From: Octopus vulgaris
Taxonomy: Eukaryota
DNA length: 64,000 nucleotides
Assembly: GCA_951406725.2 (NCBI GenBank)
Contig: OX597817.1
Span: 101,122,001-101,186,000 of the forward strand
Reading direction: 5' to 3'
Within the stretch, counting starts at the first letter, position 1; each line of letters begins with the position of its first letter. This document shows positions 46,592 through 60,518 of the stretch, in pieces. The notes below the pieces were generated by a model. It was not told the origin of the DNA and made no database searches. It saw only the letters and a list, made by a program, of their open reading frames with translations. The position numbers and the translations under genes are program-made.

Positions 46592-47467
46592 TTAGTCACA
46601 TGTGGGCATGATCCGAGTATTTAGACATGTAGTAGGGTCTAAGCTGCTTTTCCAGATAAGCCATCTCTCCATGTCGCATAGACCGCACCTTCCGCTGCCG
46701 TTAGTATAGGGCTTACATCTGGCCAAAATCTTCCATTGTATGTTATAATCGACACCTTTATCTCTTAAAGACCAAATATGATTAGACAATTGTGTCGCTT
46801 TTCTTTTGTTCCAGTGCCTAAAGCTCAAAGTGTGGTTATTGAACCTGGTCTTGAAATTACCCTCTGTAAGGCCCACGTATTTCTTCGTCGAAACGGTGTC
46901 TTTAGTGGTTATAGAGTTTACGGTAGCTTCATATATGATGGTCTTGGACATGCAAGCTCCATTTAGCGGGCACAATTCTTTATTCCTGCATGAACAGCTG
47001 TTTTCTTCTTGTGTTTTTTGTATGTTATGTTTGATTATGTTTTTAAAATTGGTAGTTGAACTAAAACTAATTTTTAAATTGTGTCTATTGAAGAGTTTCC
47101 TATAAGTATGGTTAACTGGAAAATGTCTATCTATCAGTGCTAGGAAATATTTACCTATATTGAAGGCCACCTCGGGTGAGTAAGGGGGCGAAAACCAGAT
47201 GACCTTCCTATTTCTATTATTCCTTTTCCTTACTGTTTGGCTAGTGATAGGTGTATATTTTATTTTATCGCTAAAACCACTATCTTTTAAAGCCTTATTA
47301 TAAACTGGGGCAACGCTATTGAAGATGTCCTCATCAGATGAGAGGCTAGAAATCCTCTTACTAATATTTTTAACTAAATTTTTGAATACTATAGGGGGAT
47401 GGCATGAACCTACATTAATATAACTTAGTCTATCATTGGGCTTCCTATAAGGCTTATAAATATTCTC
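46592..47467 (-). pseudogene. PLE RT thumb + GIY-YIG endonuclease (open frame, 5'-truncated)
   Basis: YKPYRKPN, S.HPP, WFSPPYS, CSCR..CPL.G.C, IIYEA, YVGLTE..FKTR..NH, C.LC..E. The first ~29 aa of the listed ORF come from the inverted segment. Confidence 0.88.
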
Positions 47468-47740
47468 ACATGATGGGGCAGGCATCTGTGATCTAATTGG
47501 ACTTTTTCTCCTAGATACCTTAGGTAAGACATTCCCTAACGTACATTTCGCCATCTACAAAGACGATGCCCTCGCCTTAACAGCTAATACAAATGGACCA
47601 GCACAAGATCGTTTTAGGAAGGATATTATCCAGTTAATGAAACACTTCGGACTTAGTATAACTATAGATACTAACCTGACGGTTGTCAATTTCTTAGACG
47701 TTTCCTTAGATCTTAATAAGAATATTTATAAGCCTTATAG
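47468..47740 (+). pseudogene. Inverted PLE RT core segment
   Basis: Plus strand reads HDGAGICDLIGLFLL..FAIYKDDAL..VNFLDVSLDL..NIYKPY. Confidence 0.8.
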
Positions 47741-48227
47741 TTTTATCTTGACTACCGAGTAATGTAACATATTGTATAGATAAATTTCCTCTATTTACAT
47801 AATATCGAGGTCTCTTTCTTTCTTTTGTTATCTTACCGTTTTATCAATATATATATATATATATATATACATATTCATGAACGAATTGAAGCAGAAGCAA
47901 TTTACCATCTTACAGTATATACATTATCTTTGTGAGTTTTGTAAGACTTGTATTGTAAACCAAGTGATACAATCAGATAATTTTCCCTTTTTGTTGCATT
48001 TCACAGACAAATCATCACATAATTTAATTTCTCAATATCAATTGAAAATATTAGTGCTTCTTCAAGGGAGCTGAAATCTGAATGATATGAATTCTTTCAC
48101 TAAAGCAAGTGGTTCAGAGTTCAAACTTTAATGAAATCGACATACATATATGCATACATACATACATACATACATACATACATACATACATACATACATA
48201 CATACATACATACATACATACATACAT

Positions 48228-48760
48228 GGTATGGTGGCTGCCCTCGTTATCGAATATGGCCATTGCATGAAGCTTAATCAATGTTGTTATCGTGCAATGC
48301 CTGTGCTAGAAGATTTTTTTAAAGTGAGGAAAGGCTGTGCACTGAGTCAATCCCACTCACTAAAGAACAGCAGCCATAATCCGAAAAGAAGAACAAGTCA
48401 ACATCATCGGTAACTACTGTTTTATGTCGGAGTTATCCCAGTTACCTGAGTTACCTTCTCCTAGAAGGATGCCCTAACAAAGGCTAGGAGTCCTTCACTC
48501 CCAATGGTTTAACCGCGCGATCGAATATTCAGTCCGATTATTTCTATGTCCCCGCGCATGATCCAGCCTTAAGACATTTATTGGATGGCCGTTGACTCCC
48601 CAGAGTTCCTCCGCCCTTTGACGGGTTTTGTTTTTCATCCCGCAGGGTGTCCAATAAACACCCTCCTCACCAAGCAAGCTTGGTGGGGTTGCCGGTTTAG
48701 TCGACGACGACCCGGCCATGCAACAGGTTGTACTGGGTTACATGTTACCAGTAGCCCTCG
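48228..48760 (-). mobile_element. Structured non-coding element resembling an RTE-clade 5'UTR
   Basis: Minus strand gggcatccttctaggagaaggtaactc motif recalled from RTE 5'UTRs; several strong hairpins. Confidence 0.45.
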
Positions 48761-50099
48761 AAAGTGACCTGACTTGTAGTTGAAGCATCTTATGGATGAA
48801 TCGTTTTCAACTACCTGAATTATCTTCCTTTGGGTCTTGCATGCTTGCATGTTTAGTAATTGTACTATCCCAGTTATGAGTAAAGTAATACAATGTAGAT
48901 TTTTATCTTTATTACTATATACGTTGGAAGTATTTTCTGTTCTAATTTTGGGTATGCAGTTCTACAATGCTAGATATGTGGAGTTGCCATGAAAGTTATT
49001 CAAATTTATAATATTTGATATACGTAAGGATTGTGAAGGCTTTCTTTGTGTTTGTTCATGTGCTGAGGGGGGTTGGCATGTAATGTTTCCATGGTATTTG
49101 TTACAATGTTCTCTTGTTGCAAGCTGAGGTTGAGGGAATAGGATGTCATCTAAAAAATAATATTTTCGTAACTTTAATATTCATGAACATTGATAAAATA
49201 TAGGTTCAGTGTGAAGTGTCTAGGAACGGGAGGTTAAGGAAAACTGGAGAGCAGTTTCGTACGCATAGCTTCTCATAATTCTCTACGGCTGTTAGAGGAA
49301 ATTGACATTCAGATATCTGTTCACTTCACACCTGAAGTCACTTGGGTTTTAATGGATATTTCTCACTATGAAGTGTCAGACAAGAATTACACGCAATATT
49401 GACTTTATTCGCTGGATTTGTATCAGATAAATATACTAAAAAAATAATTACGATCCAGTTCATATATTAAATCGTATTTGTGAGCGTATTATTTTTCTGC
49501 ACTGCTTTTTTCGTTACTGCTGGCTATTTATATAATGTCTTTGAAATGAAATGAAGAATAACTAAATAAAAAAAAATATATTCTGTTCATTCAGTAGTAA
49601 TTATTTCAGTAATTTAGTAACTAGTTGTTATATTGCTAAAATGATTGATAAGAGATAAAAAAGAAACTCCATAGTATTGAAGCACACACTTGGGAATTAC
49701 CAGGCAACTGGTCAATAAACTAAGCAGAGGTAGCTGTCCAGCATTCTTCTGACAGTGGTGTGCTTGATTGAATCTTAGCGCGTGGTTTCCTTCATTGACA
49801 TAGTGATCATGTTTGTGCTTAAAACGTTCAAACGTCTAGGGTATTATTTATAGACGTGTTCTGTAAAGCAACAACAAAACGTGTATGTACGAATAAAGTA
49901 ATTGATATCAAATCTGTTTCATTTACTTATATTGTTCTCTTTGTGTTTGATATGTTACTTAATTTCTCATAGTATGCACTACTTCCGTTCAGGGATAATT
50001 TCCATGGAGCCATACAAGACTATATACTTTTTAAAATAAAAGGATCTGAAGCACAACTCATATCAAAAGATACCACCACGCCACAGTCCCACTACGCAT

Positions 50100-50680
50100 T
50101 AACGGCACTCGTCTAGAGCCTCGCAGTCATTCTAAATGCTATCATCGAAAGCATATCCTTAGCTTATTTATGAGCGTATCACATCCCCAAAACTGGCCTT
50201 TCACTTCAGAATCAGAAAATATTTCAAACCCCAAGAACTTGTGACTCTACAAGGCTCAAGTGAGGCCCACATTTCAGAGAGTGCTTTTATTACATACACA
50301 GACATCATGGACTGCATCCAAAGGGCTAATTGACTCTTTGCCATTCAGTCACTAACGGACACACTTTAACCTCAGGCCACCGGCACGTCGTCTACTGCTC
50401 CTCTGTTTTACTGTCGTTATAATAATAGCCTGTGTTCCTAGAAGGTGGATGGTGTCATGCTTCCCCTACTTAGGCACCTTCGACCCTTTCGTCTTTTCAC
50501 TTTTCGTCAAACTTGTTGCCTCAAACCCCACTATCCAAATCGTTACTTCCTTGAACATCGGCACTCCGGAATCTCCTTGCTCATAGCTTTCTTCCAGGTG
50601 TTGGCCTTCAACATTATAAACGAAACATTAACGGTATCATGCTCACTGGTCATGGATGGCCAATAAAAACCGAGGGGATT
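50100..50680 (+). mobile_element. Highly decayed CR1/Jockey-group LINE 3' remnant
   Basis: LYKAQVRP and DCIQRA-like codons; locally higher GC. Confidence 0.5.
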
Positions 50681-50912
50681 GCTCCCGCTTCTAAACTCGG
50701 CAAGTGAAATGAATTAGTCTTTATTACCCGATGTATCCTGTCTTTTTCAGGGTGATAAGGTGCGATTTGAAAGAAACTTTGCTCCTATTTCTAGTAGAAG
50801 TTTCCTCATTGACACTCTTACGCTGGCCATCTTGATAAAAGTGTAATTATGATGCATTGCATGTATTCTTTGTTATTCTATACGCTTGTATGTATGTATG
50901 TATGTATGTATG

Positions 50913-50943
<31 letters not shown>

Positions 50944-52960
50944 GTGTGTGTGTATGTATGTATGTATGTATGTATGTATGTATGTATGTATGTATGTATG
51001 TATGTATGTGTCTATGTGTGTATGTATGTATGTATGTATGTATGTATGTATGTATGTATGTAGACGGATGGATGAATGGATAAACTTGTTATTCTATGCA
51101 TTATATATCTGTCTCTGCATCACATAGTGTGTGAAACTAAGCAATATATTTCGTTCAAATGACATTATGAAATTTTATTCTACAGATACAAACAATTATT
51201 GAAATTTTCTTGAATAAAAAAACAAACAAACAAAAACAAAAAATAACGTAGCACATCAAGATACTATATAATTTCTTCTAGATTTGGCAGGTTAACTGCA
51301 GCTCTTGAATAACAATACCAAAATGAAAAAAGGCAGAAAACATATTCATAGTACATTGCATTGGAAAACATTTACTGATAATAGTTGGCTCTTCAATGCA
51401 TCAAACTCATCGCCTTTTTCATAATATCAACTGTGTACATAGTTATTTCCTGACAGAAATGAAACTGATTGCTATTTATTGATTGATACTGAAGTTGATT
51501 GGTACCGTAGCCAGTCGGACACTGAGTAATGATCTAGTGAACGTTTCACTAAGCTATAAATGATTATAAACTGAGGTCAGTTTCTGTTAGGGAAATGCAA
51601 TCATATTTTCATTCACTAAACGTAAACTTTAATCAGACTAGTATCGAATAACTGATACCACTATATTACAGGTACTCAAGTTATTTATAAGCAGTAACAA
51701 AATTTTTTTTAGAAATAACCGAATTACTTCTCATTTTTTAAAATGTATGTTTGTGTTTGACTTTTCAAACACACATAAACAACATAGTCATCCCTGCGCC
51801 TTCTCAAAAGTTTTTCGACAAGGTTATTATGCATGAACACGGTATGCTTCTAATCCCTTCAAAATGTAAATAATTGGCTGAATAAACTTATTTACTTTTT
51901 TCATCTTTTTATTATCTACTCTTCCTGTTTCGTAGAGAATTCTAAGCACATAGGAATACGCGCTCTTTAGTGGCCACCCATAATTAAACAGAATCCGATA
52001 CTGAACGTCTTTCTGTTAGACATATCGGCTACTTGAAAGGAAATAAAATGGAAGCTGAACTGTTCATACTTTGCTTAAAAGCAGTAAGGTCATATATGAA
52101 ATGAAATTGTTCCTATAAGTATGGAAGCTCTAACGTTGACGGAAGTCCCTGACTTGTTTTTGTTCACTGTTGTTTGCAAAATCAATATCTAAAGCAGTCG
52201 ACGTACATGTAATTTATAATGGAGAAGTGCATTTGTTGCATTTGGGAATCAGATATGAACTCATGTATTTGTCTCATCAATAAGGATTTTGTTTCAACCC
52301 AATCACTCTGTCACTCAATAGAAGTTTTATTATCATCAAAAGGATGAATACAGAGATAAATGTAGCGAGATATAAAAGCAAAACTGTGTTCTAAACCAGA
52401 TACCATAAAACATTTAATAAACTGATCTACTACATTTACAAAATAGATGTGTAATAATAAATTATTCCTGGTTTCTTTTTAGCAAGCTCAAAATGAAAGT
52501 AGACTGAACAGACAATTAGAATGATTCCTAATGTAATGTTCACAACTGTGCAGTGCAATTTAGCTTATGGATAAAAACATACGTTAACATTTAACACATT
52601 AAAAAATAAATAAGTATCTGAAATTAATAGCTAAAAGTAAACATCCATACAAATTACCGACATAGGTTTTTTTTTTCCAGAGATTTCAGTCATGAAATAG
52701 AAATCTATTCATTTGCTTTAAACATTAATATGTCAATTCATCCCTGACATTGCCAAAATAAAATTATATCAAATCTCATTTGTTATGAAAACTTTGATAT
52801 TTCAGTATTACTGCTGTCGTAATTGATGGGAAACACACTTACAAAATAAGTATTCGATTATTATTCATGTTCCTGTATCTATGAATAATATGAGGTTTAA
52901 AAGTATTATATAATAGTTCATTCAATATTTTATATCCATCAAAATACAGCCAGAGTGAGA

Positions 52961-53170
52961 TGGCGAGCTGGCAGAATCTTTAGCATGTCGGGTACAATGC
53001 TTAGCGGCATTTTTTTCGCCTTCACGTTCTGGGTTCAAATTCCACCGAAATCGACTTCGTCTTTCATCCTTCCGGGGTCGATAAAATAAGTAGCAGTTAA
53101 ACACTGGAGTCAATGCAATCGACATAACCCTGCGCGAAATTTCTGGCCTTGTGCCAAAAGTTGAAATTTG
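52961..53170 (+). mobile_element. tRNA-derived SINE (family 3)
   Basis: ggcgagctggcagaatc..gggttcaaattcc..ggggtcgataaaataagta. Confidence 0.78.
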
Positions 53171-53194
53171 AAATTAATTTATAGGTAGAGTAAG

Positions 53195-53390
53195 GTAGCG
53201 AGTCGGCAGAATCGTTACCGTAGCGGAAACGTTTAGTGGCATTTGTTCTGTAACTTTACGTACCACCGAAGTAGACTCTACCTGTCATCATTTTGGGATC
53301 GATAACATGAGAACCAGTCAAGCACTGGGATCGCTGTTATCGATCCATCCCTCACAAAATTTCAGGCCTTCTACCTATAGTAGAAAGGAA
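53195..53390 (+). mobile_element. tRNA-derived SINE (family 3), older copy
   Basis: Colinear, diverged copy next to 52961. Confidence 0.65.
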
Positions 53391-54664
53391 TATATAACTA
53401 CAGTAGAGAAATTTCATGAATGACGCAGAAGTGGGTATAGAGTATTTGGGGAACTGTTGAAAGAATCTAATATGAACTGTATCTTTTATCACGCATTTTT
53501 ATTTATGGTGAAATTTCCTGCAATCTATCATAGAATCAAGGTTTATGTAATTTAAGAATACATACACAAAAGACACATCTTCAATATACTTGATTACGCT
53601 ATTGTAAACCTTTCCTGGTATAGGATACCTCTTTTGCATATGCTTATGTATAGCCAAGAGAACCTTTTCATTGAGAATTAACTCTATTTTATGGGCAATG
53701 GGTTATATAAATGTAGAAATCATATTCCGGTTAATCGATATCGAAATGATCAGATCAAATACAACTTTTCTGTCTCGTTATCATGAAGCATTAAACATTA
53801 GTCGGAATTTACTGTAAATTAGCTACTGAAATTCTCATTTTACACACACCTACTGGAGTGTAAGATTGGATGTCTTTCATGCTTTCTGTAAGCATTAGAA
53901 ACGTAAAAGAAGTGACAAAGAGCTTCCCTTCTGCAACTTACATGTATTAGATAAACAAAAAATATTTTTATCCTAATTCAGATAACGAACTTTCATCTAT
54001 CCTCTTTAGCTTGTTGTTGATCTTTTTTAATGAACTAAGAAAGGTAAATTCTAAGTCGCTTACAGCAGAATTTAAATTTAAAGTAGGGCAAAATTTGAAT
54101 TTAAGATTGAGATATATAGCCTAAACATGATTTAATTTAATTGCGCCTTAGTTTCGATTCTCATGTACCGTGAACATATATATATACCGTATAACTACAA
54201 TTACAAAACAAATGTTGGCCCCTCTGTATAGATATAGATAATTCGTTAGCCCTGAAGAGGTGTCCACATAGAGCTGATATGCACAGTATTACATTGCATT
54301 AAATTGTGGCTCATTCATAATGATCTATTTTTGCACCAAACACACACACACACCTACTCCCCCCCCACAAACAGGTACGCACACGCGCGAACACACACAG
54401 AAAAAATTTCACTCTTTAACATGCGGCTGACAGTGTTTCTACCTTGTCTTTTTCAACGCTCTTGGCTTTATGTAATTTGTTTACCGTATAGTATACAATA
54501 TTTTCAACGAATTTTTTTTTATTTTATCAGTCCCACCCTTTATTAGTTTGTGTCTTATTTCTTGACCAATTTTCCTGTCTCTGTGGCCCTAGACAACTAT
54601 CTCTCAAAGAACAAATTGAGCATTACATAATACAAAAGAACTTAACGTAGAAATTCAAAGTATT

Positions 54665-54886
54665 TGTAGAACGACCATGCGAAAAGGAGATGGAGACGAA
54701 TGAATGACTCCTTTAAACACCGCACGGTCACCTTACAATAAAAGTCAAAATATGGATAAATGAATACAAGTGCCAAGAAGAATAAGGAGAAGACGACACA
54801 ACCATAGAATGTAAGAGAAAGGTTTATTTTAAGATGTTAACATGTGGGTAGCAATGTGTATCTGCGTGTTCGACATAAGTAAGTAC

Positions 54887-54967
<81 letters not shown>

Positions 54968-55774
54968 GACGGGCCGTCAAGCATACAATAATGTGCATAT
55001 GTATTCAATCAAGGGTGTATGCGTGTGAGATAAAATACAGAGCAAAGAAAGTGTTTACATCAGGACGTTAGATGAATGTTCAGACACAAAGTAAAGGTAG
55101 ATACCAGTTCGTAGTAATGAACGCAAGAGTAATAGTTCTGTAACAATGAGGTTGAGGCCACAAGGCCGGTTGAACACATGTCGTGTAGGGGTGGTGGATT
55201 CCATGTTGTGCCGGGTTACTTGGTACAGAAGGTTCTCGCAGGTTGAGCTAGCTGTTAATCTTGGTGAGTATTCACAAACAGCGTGAAGTTAAACCTAACC
55301 GAGTGGCTGTGGCGTCGTTAAGATGAAGACGACGGTGGTGGAGACGTCATTAAGATGAAGGCGACAGTGGCGAAGGTCCGGAATACTGCTAGTGTTGGTG
55401 TTGCGGTCGCTGGAGCTGGCTGAGTCGCTGGAGCTGGCTGAGTCGCTGGAACTGGATGCTCTGTGGTCAGAGGTTAGTCCTTTGAAGGACTAGAACCAAA
55501 GATGCACGATACGATGAATCGCTGTATTTTATAGCAACCAAGTAGGCTCAAACGAAGCATTTAGAAGACTGTGTTACGGGACCTTATCAGAAGGCTGCGA
55601 CTGGTTGGGTCGCACATTGGCGCGAAATAAAGCAAGAGACAAACCACACCAAAACCAAACAATCAGAGTGGTGGACACAAATGGGTCTAAGCGTCCGAAG
55701 GCTAGCTGTTATCTGCTACGTCCGTATTTGTGTTATATATGTCAGAGAGAGAATTTCACTAATGGTCCGCTACA
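54665..55774 (-). mobile_element. Solo LTR (probably Gypsy-type)
   Basis: TGTAG...CTACA termini (tgtagaacgacca / tggtccgctaca); 4-bp TSD TATT at 54661-54664 and 55775-55778; TATAAAA (~55530) and AATAAA (~54825) on the minus strand. Confidence 0.72.
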
Positions 55775-57159
55775 TATTAACTAAATTCTATTTCAGCTAG
55801 ATGTATAAATTTTATCAGTGAACACCAGTTATATACCTAATGTTTGATATAATGTCTGAAGAAACTTATTTCTTTGCTAACACTGAATATATTTTTAAAA
55901 ACCTTAAAACAGTGAAACTTTACTAAAATAATTAAAATTAAGACGATTTCTACGTGCTTAATAGACATTCTAATGAGTAGAATTCATACCAGAAAACATA
56001 TTTGATTATTTATACGGAAAATTACTCGGTATTTGTTCGATCACGAATATGCGAGATTGGTACTTTGAAAATTCTATGCTCATTGCACACTTAGCAAAAG
56101 ATGATTAATCAATTAGATAAAAGTTCACAGTTAAATAACAACTCTGTATATTGATTCTGGTATTGGTAAACAACTCGAGCCACTTGGCCAGCATGTTTTT
56201 CAACTTAATAAAAAAATGTTGCAGATCTATTAGAACTGCAATTATTTAAAAGAATCTTCTACTTTCCCTATATTTTTCTCTAAATGTCAATATAATTTAG
56301 GCTTCGCTTCCAATCAGTTTTCTTCCTTTAGAGTTTCCGGACAACTATTTGCCATACACGCAATTTCCTGTATTCTATTTCTTTTCTTATGGTCAATAGG
56401 AATTCACGGATACGTTAAAATGCATAGCACATACATACATAAGCGAACATATGTAGTCAGAATTCCATTTATATTCTGTTATAAAGTCATAAAAATGAAA
56501 GAGTGTGCGTACATAGATACATACATACATACATGCATACATACATGCATACATACATACATGCATGCATGCATGCATACATACATACATACATACATAT
56601 ATACATGCATGCATACATACATACATGCATACATACATACATGCGCACATATATACATACATATATGTATGTACGCATGCATATATGAATGTATACATGC
56701 GTGTATGAGTGTGTGATTAAAGTAAATTCGTTCTAAGGTAGATATACTTCCCCTCTCTCTTTTACTCTTAGTCTTTCTAATCATGTAATATACAAATTCA
56801 CAAACCTAAAATGAATGATAGTGTATGGTGCATCATTATGTAGTAGACTTCGATTATTTTTATGTCGATGTCGACCGAAGCAATAATTTTATAAATGAAA
56901 TGTAAATATCAGTTAAATTAGCCATATATATTTCAAAAATTGCATCATTACTTACATTTTTACAAATAATCTCTCAGTCTTTCTCTCTCTCTTTCTCTTC
57001 ACATATACGCATATATACACACGTGCATACGCACACGGATATTCCAATGATGGAATTCAGACTCTTACAGAACCTCAAGCTCTCGCTCAAACACACTACC
57101 ACACATGCATGAGTGTGTTTGTATGTACATGTGCATGTTTATATATATATGTATATATT

Positions 57160-57402
57160 CTTTTACTTGTTTCAATCACTTTGACTGCGGTCATGCATTT
57201 AGTCGAACAAATTGACTCCAGGACTTGTTCTTTGTATAAGCCTAATACTTATTCTACCGGGCATTTTTACCGCTCAGTTACGGGGACTTAAGCACACCAA
57301 CATTAGTTGTCAAGTGATGGTGGAGGGATAAAGACAGACACATAAATACATACATACATATATATATATATGTGTGTGTATGCGTGTGTGTGTGTGTATG
57401 TT

Positions 57403-57452
<50 letters not shown>

Positions 57453-57629
57453 CGACGGGCTTCTTTCAGTTTCCGTCTACCAAATCCACTCATAAGGCTT
57501 TGGTCGGCCCGAGGCTATAGTAGAAGACACTTACCCAAGGTGCAACGCAGTGGGACTGAACCCGCAACTATGTGGTTGGGAAGAAGACTTCTTGGGAAGC
57601 AAGCTTCTTACCACACGGACACTCCTGCG

Positions 57630-57631
<2 letters not shown>
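57160..57631 (-). mobile_element. tRNA-derived SINE (family 1)
   Basis: Homologous to the 41900 and 42483 copies. Confidence 0.82.
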
Positions 57632-57707
<76 letters not shown>

Positions 57708-58013
57708 TTCAGTAAATCATAAATTCGAAAGAGAAGCACACTCTACGTTATAGAGTACATAGATAGAGATAGATATAACTTTACAGCGTTTCTTCAGACC
57801 CTAAAAACCCGTTGTCCAGTGGCCTCGTTAAAAGATGGAGGTGAAAAAGAATTCGTTACTCTGGGTCAACAGGAGATTCTCTCCTTTTGACTGCTATTAA
57901 CTGACTATGTTGGCGCATGAATCACCGGTCAATAGCATTTTTAATTTACGATGAAAAGTAGGGGAACAAAAAGCAGATGTATTAATTCGATGCTCGGGAT
58001 GAAAATGGAAAGT

Positions 58014-58050
58014 CTTTTATGTTTCGAGCCTACGGCTCTTCGTCACAAAG
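58014..58050 (-). ncRNA. Decayed minimal HHR motif
   Basis: Minus strand CTTT-gTGACGA-A-GAGCC-gta-GGCTC-GAAA-CAT-A-AAAG; C3 mutated. Confidence 0.4.
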
Positions 58051-58149
58051 GATTGAGAAGAAAAGAAATAGAGGACGAAAAAAAAGGAGAGACAAAAAAC
58101 AAGTAGGGTTAACGGTTCAACATGATGAAATATATGCGTGTGTGTATGA

Positions 58150-58270
58150 AGGCGTGTGACCTAGTGGTTATGCTATTACACTCACAATCGCTAGATCGTG
58201 GATTCGATTCCCTGACTGGACAGCACATTATACCCTTGTGCAAAACACTTCATTTCACATTGCTCCAGTC
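58150..58270 (+). mobile_element. Truncated SINE head (family 2-like)
   Basis: tgacctagtggtt..gattcgattccc..cccttgtgcaaaacactt..ttgctccag. Confidence 0.55.
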
Positions 58271-58964
58271 CCCTTTCGATCAGGAGGGATTGTTGGCCTG
58301 CTCGCCTAAATACTTTAATGTAACTATTATTTTTTATATTAGGCTTTAATTACGCAGTGTCTTTGGCTCTCTGGAATCATATTGTGTCTGCATGTGTGCA
58401 AATATCTCAGTGCATGTTCTTGTTTCGTGTTAATTAATGGGTATTTTGATGTAAAAATACACATTAATAAACACGAGAGTTTTGCACACACATACACACA
58501 CTCACACACAGACTCACACACACACACATAAATGGACTTTCAAACAATATAAATGATTCTTGACAGCTAACACCCCGGCATAATTAAAGCATAATATAAA
58601 ATAGATGATAATAGTTAAATAAAAGTAGTAATATTTAGTATATGTTAATTAAATAACATCAACAGCACATAGAATATCCTACACAGTGTGTAATAATATT
58701 TAATACACACTACCAAAACATTAAATACACGAATCAATGTACAATACTAATAACAGAGTAACCAAACCCCAATAAATGAGCAACGATAGAGAGTAAAGGA
58801 GAAAGAAGGAGAGAGAGACAGACAGAAAACGGTGAAAAAAGAATTAGAGAAAGTATGAGAGAGAAAACGAAAGGGGAGAGAGAGAGAACAGTAAAGGGTA
58901 GAGTCGCATCAAATAATAGTATAAATAATATATATATATATCCTTAAATCCTTAAAAATGTTCC

Positions 58965-59312
58965 AGCCCTAAAGCTGCGGCCATGCTGGGGCACCACCGT
59001 TGAATGAGCTACACGAGTATGTGAAACCACCTCTGATACGTGCAACTTGATCAACGAGAGAGTTCGACGCCGCTGCCCGCATCTGTGTTTCCTGTCGAGA
59101 GATAGGTTCATCTAGAACCCCTGACAAGAAGAGATCCAGTTTAGTTTTAAAGAAACTCACATCCGCACCATGCAGGTCTCTCAGGCATTTAGGAAGGATA
59201 TTGAAGAGCTGTTGTCCCCTGAAACCCAAGCTCTTGCAGCATCTGGTCCTGTTTTGATGGTGATGTTGGGATCTTTGTCACCATGCAGTGGTGCCCCGTT
59301 CTGCTGTTGGGG
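58965..59312 (-). mobile_element. 3' end of a CR1/L2-group LINE
   Basis: G.QLFNILP..LR...FKTKLDLFL..V.DEP; 3' tail ggtgccccagcatggccgcagc. Confidence 0.7.
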
Positions 59313-59405
<93 letters not shown>

Positions 59406-59439
59406 CATATATATATATATATGATGATGATCACGTCAT

Positions 59440-59582
59440 ATTTGGTGTTGATGGGATCCAAATACTGCATCACCGATGAAAAAAGTGTATGGACGTCTAT
59501 GGGGATTATATTGAAAAATAAGCCTCATCTTGACACATAATATATGTTGGTCAACCTATGAACTTTTCAGCCGACCCTCGTA
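59440..59582 (+). mobile_element. Mariner 3' terminal fragment
   Basis: [19 protein letters not shown] followed by a TIR-like end ...gaccctcg-TA. Confidence 0.65.
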
Positions 59583-60435
59583 TTTCACCATTTTTCGTGG
59601 TTGTATATGGAGTACAACCTAGTTCCTTTGTCAGTTCATGGTAGATTTAAATATCATCCCCTCGTGATATTAACATCTCCTATATATTGTTATGGCTAAA
59701 GAAGTAGTTGTCTTTACAACAGCGCTAGTTGGTGAAATATGTAGTTATCGAAACGTTTATATATCCCCTGGAGTAACTTGTAGCAAATATTGAATTTATC
59801 CCGTTTATTAAATTTATAAATTCATACCAACGACTAAACGCTGAGTCATTGTGAACGCTCAACGCTTAAGTATCAGCCTAACATGAGTCAAAAGTGTACT
59901 ACTTCGGTTTTCTTTGGTCTATCTACTACATAGCTCCTGGAATGTATTTAAGCATTCCCATATATATTCTATCAGTGGAGCAATTTGCGGCTAGTTTCAC
60001 CATGCCCTCTTTTCATGTCATATCAAAATACACAGATTTACTAAGTAATACGGAAGGGGGCATCACTATGTAATAATTTTTCATTATTTTTACAGTGATG
60101 TCAACCGAAACATCAAATTATATACATAAGATTAAAACTTCAGTAAAATTACCCACTTACATGTTATAATTTGCGCATCAGTTTCGTTTTTCCACACTGT
60201 CACTAATACTTCTCTCTCTTCGCAAACGCATATAGACACGCATACACATCTCTCCCTCACTCACTTTCTCTCCTCTCTCTCTATATATATTCCATTAATG
60301 GGATACTTCTCATATTTACAACACTAGAACACATAAGTCCACACAAATAACACATTCACAAGAACACGCTGAAAGAGACGAACATATACATGTATGTAAT
60401 TATCATGTACATACGTAATATCAAAACATACATAC

Positions 60436-60518
<83 letters not shown>

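Larger units (their letters stand above)
45980..47848 (-). mobile_element. Penelope-like element with 3' pseudo-LTR, inverted pLTR copies and internal inversion
   Basis: GIY-YIG ORF on minus strand; 45980-46120 is inverted relative to 46260-46400; 47741-47848 repeats 46087-46200; (TA)n at the junctions. Confidence 0.88.

Noticed and set aside
47468-47554. N-terminus MAKCTLGNVLPK... of the 320-aa ORF as a real start
   Set aside because: It is the antisense of the inverted RT segment; homology begins at ENIYKPY
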